The position numbers and the translations under genes were made by a program. From the NCBI RefSeq assembly GCF_000150275.1, contig NW_002060945.1:7183607-7247606 (forward strand): a stretch of DNA of 64,000 nt. The letters are read 5' to 3'. Numbering within the stretch: the stretch's first letter is position 1; the number at the start of each line of letters is the position of its first letter. Positions 54,116 through 64,000 of the stretch are shown here, piece by piece. The notes beneath the pieces are model-generated. The model saw only the letters and a program-made list of their open reading frames with translations. It made no database searches and was not told the origin of the DNA. The DNA is from Trichoplax adhaerens. Its lineage: Eukaryota > Animalia > Placozoa.

Positions 54116-55992
54116 AAATAATTTATGAACTAAGTTACAACTACTTGGGCAATCTCTGATGTTGTATAACAGTATATCGTATTCATTTTTTATCATGTTA
54201 GTAAATTATGATATTGACTTAATAGCGAACTTTCAATTGATTTTCATAGCGAAATTATAAATATTTATAAGTACCTCGTTAATGATACTCTGTTTTGCAT
54301 CGTAGAGATTAAATTTTCCGTTGAATCTTTTGATTTTCCCAATTTATCTCGCCAATAACCAATGCTTTACCATTAAATTACATTGTATTCTCGAATTTTT
54401 ATCTTCTACGTCTCTTTAGTTATTTTTTTTTCCGTGCTTTAGAAGATTATCATGTTACTTATAGGTGATTGCTGGTGTATAATTATATTCGTATATATAT
54501 TAGTAATATTACAAATGTATACGTAAAATTATGTGTATCCGTTCGCTGCACTGAAGAAATTTTCGTCTGCATTTTGATTAATTAACGCACATAATTTCCC
54601 TTCATGTAATTCATATCGATACCATTGGCTTAATGGACTAATTTAAATACCATGCAAATTTAATTAGTCTGTTACTTTCGTTCAAGTTAACCGTATTCTC
54701 TTAGGTGACGATTTCAGTTCCCTTCGGTACGATAATATTTCAAAACAAATGTGTATGTTATAATTTTGTTGAGCTGGTATTAGATATGAAGGGTATAATT
54801 AATTACTGAAAGTAATTTATTTAAATATATGTTACTTTTTAAAAAATTTTGAATTTGGGTAGATGTCCCCTGAAACTGAATCGCAACATTGATCGGTAAT
54901 ATGATATTTGTTATTTCAATCGCCCTATATCAATGTGCGCTCTGTATAGCAGATCGTATTTTGCTAAATATACATTGCTTTGGATGCAACGTTGGCTAAT
55001 TTAACTAATTATAACTATTACCAAGTAAATTACGATGTAAATTAATTACCGGAAATACGTTTTATGGATGGCATTTTAAAGTAAATTTTAATATGTATAT
55101 CTGTTAATTGTATATCAGTAAGATACAATAAGTACTATTGTACTTCTATTTGTCTTCATTTTCATTGTAAAGGGCTATCTTGGATATATCTATTTCAATA
55201 TTATTGCCAGATAAGTTTTCGTTGGTTTAATTGCGCCCTGTTTCCAAGGACTGTAACCAAGTTTACTTTTAATGATAGACGCAAAATAAAGGTTGTACAT
55301 TACCTCATTTTATCTTACTTTGAATATCTACGCTCAGAATAGTACAGTGCATAATAATTGAGGGATATATATAAATTTAGTACTACAGTTGAGTAATACT
55401 AAAATGACATGATCAGGAAGGGGAAACAATACCCGTTGCCTGCTTACTAAGAAAGTATTCAACGTTCTTTCATGTAAGCACAATTGTCTATATTCGTGGA
55501 TGCTATATTAACATCTATGCACTGCAACTGCAAAGTTCGTTGTTAAGTTTCAGCAGAGGATGTAAAAAGTATGTGAGTGCCGGTGATGTACACGTATAAA
55601 TCAAGTTACTATGTGTCAGATATACGAAGTTTCCTCAGATTATATCACATCGTTGCCGTATGAATACTTAGTGTATGGTATATATTCAATTAGATCAAAT
55701 CCCTTGATCCTAACGTATTGAGTATTACAATGTTTGAAAGTACAGTGCAATAGTTGAAAGTTGTTGTTACTTCTATCTAATTTTACTCTATAATCACATT
55801 ACACTAATTGAGGGATATAAAATAAATCAAATTAAGAATTCTCTCTAATGTTATATTTATTTTTAACACTTTGGATATCGTATGATCCTGCATTATTGAA
55901 TGTGAACTGTCGTTAGCTTAGATTGCAATGCTGCAGCACAGCATAGATGTCTATATGTTACAGTAATTCCGTGCTGCAAATTAGCTGCCAGG

Positions 55993-56061
55993 TTAGTTTT
56001 GCCGAACAAGAATACCCAAACTGTCTGAGTGTCGCGTCCCGTCCGGGACTGGAACTCTTTG
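55993..56061 (+). mobile_element. Possible decayed 3' end of a non-LTR retrotransposon ORF2
   Basis: Frame reads LVLPNKNTQTV*VSRPVRDWNSL, resembling the L..P..RT.....F..R..RDWNSLP terminus of CR1/L2-group ORF2. Very short match. Confidence 0.25.
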
Positions 56062-56674
56062 GGCGGACAGACATATGGCCAACTTTGGTCAACAGATTGT
56101 GCCAAACATTTCATTATGACACTACTTCAGTATGTAGACAGTCGATTCTGAATGGACTGATTATTTTTAAATTACAGTAGGTAATATTATATTGTATTGC
56201 ATTGCCTGTTCCTAAGCTATAGTAACTTTAGATCATGATAATCCATGTTATTGGAATTAATACGAGTGATTTAGAGAAAGAAACACGGAAGATCCATATT
56301 GAGTAACTATTTTGGGACATTTTCGATCGCATTTGGTATGAAAAGTCCGTCCACCCGAGGAGAGACTGTCCACTGTCCAGTCCAGGTGCAGGATATTTCT
56401 AGTAGTCTATAGTTTTGCATAGTATGGCATACGGTTACAGGCATAGCATATTGTAAAATGAGTGAAAAAAATGGTCGGCTTTTGCTTCTTTTGCTGCTTT
56501 CCGCCATGTCCATAATGATTATAATTCATTATCATGGTCAAGTCCTTTTCTCCTTTCCAGCTTTTGCAGTGGTCGTCGTCGTCCGTCAGTAGACCCTGTC
56601 TGTCACCAGCATCTACATTCTACAGTACAGTACATTAACTGCCATTGTTCTTGCTGCTGATTTAGAAAAGGGAT

Positions 56675-57000
56675 ACGCATGCGCATAGCTTATGCTAAGG
56701 GTTGCTGTCACGTGATGTCCCTGCCAGTACGTCCAGTTAGACCTGACGGTTCCGAACCGAACCTCGGACAGCCATCCGACGAGACACGACACCACCGCGA
56801 GTATAGTGCGCGGTGTTTACCTGCTGTCCTATACTGTACTGTGTACATGGTTCCACGATCTCCATACACCAAGCCATCAAGTCTGGACCAGGTGGGTTTT
56901 TGTGGACGTGAGCGTCAAACCACGGTACCCTAGTTTCGGCTAGCATTGCGCATGCGTCATTTGGCTTGAAAGTTTCTCCACGCCAGTTGTCAGCCATATT
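56675..57000. promoter_or_regulatory. Putative COX5A promoter with NRF1-like, E-box and YY1-like motifs
   Basis: TGCGCATGCGT at 56947-56957 and its reverse complement at 56675-56685. GTCACGTGA at 56707-56715. GCCATATT at 56993-57000. Locally GC-rich. Confidence 0.5.
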
Positions 57001-57023
57001 GCTTTTTTGAGCTCGTCTTCATC

Positions 57024-59385
57024 ATGTTTCGTCTTGCTCTTTCTCGGTTATCTAGTGCTAGCGGTCGTGCAGTTAGATCAACTTTGCCTACTGGTAACAA
57101 GCCGCAAGTCTATGGTAAATGATGACAATGTCTTGATTGCACTAGTCTAATTAAATGAATGTCCAAATGATGGATTGATTCCTTGATTGGCGGTATAAAA
57201 AAAACGCCAACTGCTGTATTGACATCAGTCGCCGTCTCCACCGCTAGTCTAGTCTATGCAATCGTTTATGAAAATCTTTCGAAATTCAAAGAGCTTATAG
57301 GGTTTATGACGATGTAATAGGTCTTTTTTCATCCTTCTCCTTCTAAATAGGAAATTGATTAGTAGCGTAGAGTAATGATGCATTTGTACTGTAGAGAGAG
57401 AGTGTATGGCGTTGTTTAGTTGAACTTGTTTGCTCGACTTTTCATACTAGCGTAAAAAGTGTAGACCGTCATTGCTACATAAAGAAAGCAATCCTTTCAC
57501 CTTGTGAAATACAACATCACTACTGTCCATTGAAAGCCTAGCTATAGATTACCCTGATTCTCAGATTTTACTCACTAAACGTGAAGGAAGGATGTTTTCT
57601 TGGTAGCGGAGTAGTGATTGACTGGCATATTGATGCAGTTACCGCAGATTAATAATTCATGTCGAAATGGCGGTATCGAATTGCTATCGTCTTGAGGAGA
57701 TGGCTCCTAAAGCAAAAATGATACTCGTGTAACATTCTTGTTGTTGGAATGGTGCCATAAGCGTTGGGTATTTCCATCCAAACGACCACTTACGTTACCA
57801 ACGTGACCATTCTATGCGTCCAATAAGAGTATTTTTATCTCCGAAATGGCACCAGTTCTGAATGTATCGTAAAGTCATATAATCTTTCTGTTTATGTTCA
57901 AAATTATAAAACATTGATATGTTGTTTGTATAAACTTACTGTACTGGTTTCAATGACTTGGCTAGCGCAATCGTTAAATTAATTTTTTCAGCGAGGAGAA
58001 CGATGACTTCAATCGATGGATTACGTTAACCCGCAGGCGGTGTACCAAGGCGTATTAAACAGTGTTACAGTAGACTGTTGCTTACTTTACAGCATGATCT
58101 TGTTTTGTCTGCTATACCTGCTGCTTAATTGGAGACTATGAACGATTTCAAAAACTCTTAACCTACTTTAGATTCTATCAGATAGGAAGATGATGCTACA
58201 AATGACAATAATTCCATTTAGGTCTTGGCCGTTGTAGACCTGAGGTACTGCAGTCTACTGTACTGTATATTGCAGAAATGCCAACGGCATTAGGTGAAAC
58301 AAAGTCTGATTGCACTTTTTGTCGACGCCTACTACTCCTGCTACTACGAATGCGTTAAACTGGATATCCGCGCCGCAATCCTTAACGGCGGTTCCCTATG
58401 ACAGCATTGAAAATCCACTTGTGCTTGTATTTCAGGCAGTCTTTTGCAATTGATAAAGTTATTGTAACCAAATAGGACTTTATTTGAAAGCTGCCTTAAA
58501 AAAATCACCGCTCAACCTGATCTTTGGTATTCTATATATTCAGCAACAATCAGTACCTAATAATACAGTCAATTTTACATGACCCCAACGCGCAACTAAT
58601 TTTTACAATCATTGTACACTATACTTTATTAATTCGAGACTCTGCCGTGACGGTGTTGTAGATTCATCCGTAGGTTCTTTTTAGCCTTATTTGAAATATT
58701 ATTAATTGCATAATATCCTGACTTTACCTGCAAATTAATCATGACATGCTTTGACATATCATCTGCAGTCTGACGTATTGTCTTTAAAATCTGTCATTTC
58801 TTCCTACATGTATCAACCCAACTAGTGTATATTACAAACTAATAGCCCACACCACCATGTAAAATTTCATTCTTCGCTAATCCATTTCATTTTTGTAATC
58901 TATCCAAATAGCTGCCGTTGCAAGTCAAAACTTACTACAACGACGTCTAATTGGTGCTGAAGTGGATTCTGAACCCGATGAGGTTTTCGATGCTCGTTGG
59001 GAAGCATTCTTTAAGAATGAAAACTTAGATAGAAATACTTACCGCAGAGGTTTAGATGAACTCTTTGGTTACGATTTGGTTCCAGAGCCCAAAATTTTAA
59101 ATGCTGCATTTAGGTATTGTAGACGTATTTTCTTGGACAAATAATTTATAATTGAACTGCTTATAGAAACTACTTCTTTCCATATAGACTAATTTCCTAT
59201 GCTATTTATTTAGAGCTGCTCGACGTTTAAATGACGTTGCTATACCAGTTCGTATCCTGGAGGTAGTTAAAGACAAAGCTGGTACCAACAAGGAAATCTA
59301 CCCATATATATTAGACCAGACAAGTGAAGTCAGAGCTGAATTAGGCATTAGTACACCAGAAGAGCTAGGAATTGATACTGCTTAA
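57024..59385 (+). CDS. COX5A: Cytochrome c oxidase subunit 5A, 3 exons (57024-57114, 58912-59113, 59214-59385)
   Basis: Arg/Ser-rich transit peptide [19 protein letters not shown]. Mature part [14 protein letters not shown]...[24 protein letters not shown]...[11 protein letters not shown]...[11 protein letters not shown] matches the COX5A family. Confidence 0.95.
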
Positions 59386-61717
59386 AAATAAAGAAAGTAA
59401 AAACTGTTGATTTAGCATGGTACGTTTTATTCAACTGTTATATAGCAAAGTGCTCTACACACTTAATATTAGACATTATTTGCAGTAGATTTAGAGACCG
59501 AGTGCCCTGATTTACTAATGATATGTAGTTAAAACGTTAGCAATGGCTGTGTCAATCACCTAACTAATGGTTAAAGCGTTTTGACGTAACAATACTGTAT
59601 ACAATAATATGCCTTATTCTATTCTAAAAACGTAGTTTTTATGCGAATTCAGAATTCTTGGTTATAAAAATTCTTACCTTGACACCTTAATGCTCTACAC
59701 TAGTCATTCATTACTCATAGTAAACCCTTTAATAATACTGCTGATACATTCGTTTGTAGGTCTATGATAGCTCTCTAGGTTTCGTATTTATATTATGACT
59801 CTTTCATTACTAATATTACTGTTCTTCTCATTTTTCAGAGGCCTGATACAATGGGTTACTTAATATATTAATTAAGGTGTTACTTTGTGTACAACCCCTT
59901 TTTGACTCTGTTAAATTGGCAGCCTAATATAACCTACTTCTTTACCTTGCTTATTTCAGTATAATGTAATTAAGAAAAATTGCTTTAAAAAAATAAAGTT
60001 ATCTTTTACCTTTTATTGATTTACGACTCACGAATTAACAGTAATAAAACAAATAGTGATTAAATGTCTTGATATCGTATTAGAAAAAATGAATACCTTG
60101 CGGCAGCTGGTATTGACTGTAGAGCAATTAGATTTAGATAATAATCGATCAGTATATCAACCAGCCAATATGGTAATGTCTATTTCCAACTTTTATCGCA
60201 GAGCATTAATCAATCATCTACCAGCCAAGATCTAAGGAATAGAATAAATTATTTTCCTGTATTGTAGAATCCACAATATCTTAGGCCCAATTGGACTGTA
60301 TATTTTAATTCAGATATTGGGAAGCAATGGAATGGAATACGATACAAATATTCAAGTTAACCTACTACATGGAAACCTAAAATGTCCGATACAAAACCGA
60401 CTATAATATTCATAGTCAAACCGACAAATATACAATAAATAAATTTTAAAATCGAACTCAGTAGTTTAGTTAGCAAGGTGGCATAGAAAATCGTATTACT
60501 GTTATATTGTACATTACAATTAGATTATAAATCAAGTCAGTGTTTTATAGGAAGTGGTACAGGTGACATTAATTTGTTAAAATTCGATTTTTAGACAGCA
60601 AATTATGCAATAATATACTGTACATTAGAGACAGATAAATTTCAAATCCAGTTAAAATGATTCTCATTATAAAGTCCTATTAGCAAATAGTTAATTTCTG
60701 TGAATATTATTTTGTATAGTAGTATTTGATCATTTCTCGCTACGATTTTCAATTGATAAGCTTCGGATATTGGTGGCTAAGTTGCGGCGGAAGCTGAATC
60801 CTTCTGTAACAATAATTATATCGAAAGCATGTCAGAAATCTTCAAATATCTCTAATAAAGTTCGATTTAGCTATTTATACATAAGCTGAAGCCTAGAGTG
60901 ATAAGTATTACAATCAGCATTTCAATAAAGTAATAGATTCAATAGAGCGATATTAAAATTTTTACTCTTACCCTTATTTTCGTATGTTGCTTCTTAATAA
61001 ATTCTAGTTCCTTCCTTAACATTTCCGCCATTCGCGGCATTTTATTTAAATACGTTCTCATCTACAATGCATTCATAATGAAAAGATGGCATTATAGATT
61101 GATTATAATTGTTATTTCTATATGCAGCAGTATCATCATACAAATGCGTATAATATCGATATCATATAAAATCGATAAAAAGAAATTTAAGTAGAATATC
61201 AGCATTATATTAATTCACCTAAAATTATCCTGATATGAGTAAAGTGTCGATTACAGCTTTTATGATATTTAAACATCAGCGTGAAATACTGCTATCGAAA
61301 GTTATAACAGCCTCTATCACTTCAGATCAAATATTAAGGTTAAATGTTGGAATTGTCATTAATAACTTTGAAATAGGCACTCAATTTATTTGTTAGAAAT
61401 AACTCGTCCTGTATCTAATTAAATTTCATTTTAAACGTAATATGACATAATAAATAGAAAAATTATAGTATTACTTTAAACAGAATGATGATGAATGTAC
61501 TGTAGGTGGTATTATTAAGGAAAATATTATAGGGGTTTTGAAGTAGAGCTTCACGTTGTATTTACTTAGTATAAAAATACTATAAGTCTATTTCCGTTTT
61601 CATATTCGATTAAAGATGGCAGTCTATGGATATATCGTATACGAAAAATTGCACTGCGATGTAAATTATGTAAGAATTAGGGCAATAACAAAAATTCTAC
61701 ATGCATTGATGTTGGCA

Positions 61718-62656
61718 TCAATCTATCTTTACCTCTTCCTCGTCATCGAATTCGATGCCATCGGCGACAAAGTTATTTAGACATTTTGATTTACCTTGTA
61801 TCCTAACCATACTACGATCAAGTAGGTGATTATTATGCTCTATTTCTTGTAGCATGTGAAAAAGGTTATCACAGTCGAAGGCCTGTGCTAATAACTGGCT
61901 ATTGAATATTATCTTTTTAGCTTTGGATTGTTCCCAAGTCGTATCGCGCCGATACTTTCGGCTACATGATGTTTGCCTTATTTTCGAAAAATAACTGTCT
62001 TCACCGATCATTCGATTAATAATGGATTTATCGTGCTTCTTTTTCTGACTTTCAGATTTATCATCTAGCATGTGGATAGAGTAACGTTCTTGCGCCAATC
62101 CGTTGATATTTTTATGTAGTCTACCCATTTTAGTTTCGTAATCTTTATTATTTTTAACCTTGGTGTGTTTACAATTAGTATTTCTGCTGTCTAGACTTTC
62201 GTCACGAATTCGGGTGTGAACAGTAGAGTTATTACTAGGTCGAAAATAGATTTTATTAACTGATTTACATAGCTCTTGGATACTGGGAACGTTCTTTTCA
62301 CGAAAATTTTCCGTATTTAAATGGGCCGAAAGTCGACGTAAATGGTTATTCGATGATTTATATCCATGATATTTACCCCATGTTATATTATTACCACTTA
62401 CAGTTAAATTGCCATCTTTTCTATCGAGATTAGAAGAATATAGATCAAGATTGATGCTCTGCTCAATTTCAATTCCAACTACAGGATAATTAGCAATCCC
62501 ATTTTGAGTTATAGCATTATCGTTATTTCCAATCAGTTTAACATCATTAGTTGTAGCATCACCGTTATTTCCATTCAATTTAACACCATTATTCCTAATT
62601 TTTGGTTCTGGAAAGGTAGCTTGGATGATTTCACGGATAACGCTTTCCTCCGCCAT
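61718..62656 (-). CDS. Uncharacterised 312-aa hydrophilic Asn/Lys-rich protein, single coding exon
   Basis: 939-nt open frame in about 30% GC DNA, starting ATGGCG. No recognisable domain. Contains an internal 14-aa tandem repeat. Confidence 0.6.
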   Translation of the reverse strand: MAEESVIREIIQATFPEPKIRNNGVKLNGNNGDATTNDVKLIGNNDNAITQNGIANYPVVGIEIEQSINLDLYSSNLDRKDGNLTVSGNNITWGKYHGYKSSNNHLRRLSAHLNTENFREKNVPSIQELCKSVNKIYFRPSNNSTVHTRIRDESLDSRNTNCKHTKVKNNKDYETKMGRLHKNINGLAQERYSIHMLDDKSESQKKKHDKSIINRMIGEDSYFSKIRQTSCSRKYRRDTTWEQSKAKKIIFNSQLLAQAFDCDNLFHMLQEIEHNNHLLDRSMVRIQGKSKCLNNFVADGIEFDDEEEVKID

Positions 62657-64000
62657 TTTAAGTTATTTCTTCTCGGGAAACATATTATCGTCCTTGTTTG
62701 GAATCGGTTGTAGTTGATTTTGCATGCAATGATTATAGAATTAGTTGATAATGACTTACTTGCCATTCAAGAGGCGAAAAAATTGATCAACTTTAATAAT
62801 CGTATTTCAGTAATTTGAGAAAGTAACATAGATAATACAGACAACTTCAAACTTTCCCATGATAAGTGATAACAATTTTTGTATCTAAACTACGAGCATC
62901 TACCTTGAACCTTTACACTGGCGTCATATTAAATGACCTTGCAAATATAAAGCACACTGTTCAGATCTCAGAATTGTCCACAAAGATGCTCTCCATATGG
63001 TTGAACAATGAAACAGTTTGTGAAACATGACATTGATTGGTATTTAAATTTAAAATGAATAATAATGGAATAAATTAATAATCGAAATTTTAATACAGTA
63101 GACATTCATCAATACTAAGTATAAGCTATAGCAATTATAATGATTATTGTACAATATTGTAAGCAGATTACTGGTGCAATATTTATTATCACCTGGTAAT
63201 TAATTATTTACGAACCATAAGCGCTCGTTAAAGTGATGCAAAATGAGCAACGGGAATAGTGCTAAGGAAATAAGTAATTAATATTTAATGAGCAGACTAA
63301 CTGCCCTAACATAAACGTTAGACTTCCAACGAACGACATGATATTAAACAAGATCTTTACTAGCAAACTTTATCAGTAGAATAGACAGCTCTATCTACCG
63401 TGGTTACTATAATTTATTCAGTCTAATATATTATGACTACAGACTAGGCCTTATGATGATCGAACGTAATAATGAAATCCTAACAGTAGTAATTAGTTTG
63501 TATAATATATTAGAAGTAGAAGTATACTTGTGATTGATATACCTGTAGACATTATATTTGTTGGTTAATATTTATGGTTTTTGTATAGTTGGAAGGCAGA
63601 TCAATAAGATTTTATGAATAGCGTTGGCAAATTCTACCCTATTGCATGAATTAAAGAAAGAATAAAAGATAGGTCAAGTACTACCAATAGCTACAACACG
63701 ACGCCATTACAAGTTAATTTGTGCTTAAAACAATTGAACAATCAAATAGACTCGAGGGTAAATAAAATCTAGCGCTTGGTACGTACATCAACTAAAAAGA
63801 GTAATCGAATAAATCGTTTCGTAATAATAGGCTATCGCATTGGAGGGCGAGATCATTAAATAGTACAGTAAATAAAGATATGTAAAAGCAACCATAGGAC
63901 GTCATAAATTAGCCTTAAAGTAATCAAGTACGAGTACACTAATATTCAGTTATTGCGAGATTGTTTTGCAGCTTGTGTAATCAAATGATGAAGTTTATGG

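Noticed and set aside
58189-58243. C/D snoRNA candidate in the COX5A intron (ATGATGC...CTGA)
   Set aside because: Imperfect C box, short length, no terminal stem and no recognisable rRNA guide.

Overview
AT-rich eukaryotic DNA with many short GT-AG introns. It is probably placozoan (Trichoplax-like); this is inferred from gene style and abundant ACAGT/ACTGT microsatellites. The minus strand carries two tandem insulin-receptor-family tyrosine kinase genes (InR-1 139-11522, InR-2 15882-24589). A second version of the InR-2 5' end (27446-31221) abuts an N gap and is most likely the other haplotype. The plus strand carries two tandem SLC12 Na-K-2Cl cotransporter-like genes (36811-44185, 46326-54115) and COX5A (57024-59385). 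An orphan 312-aa ORF lies on the minus strand at 61718-62656. The most interesting signal is the receptor pair. Both lack a furin alpha/beta cleavage site and carry a Thr-rich mucin-like insert instead. Both have remodelled insulin site-1 residues and share a PxIxIT-like tail motif. At both assembly gaps the two sequence versions diverge specifically in ligand-contact exons (InR-2 L1; InR-1 cysteine-rich exon 4), consistent with a polymorphic receptor system under diversifying or balancing selection. InR-1 also has a +1 frameshift at its DFG motif, which may be an error or real. Both NKCC-like genes have lost both residues equivalent to human NKCC1 D510 and K624. All exon boundaries, alignments and counts were done by eye.
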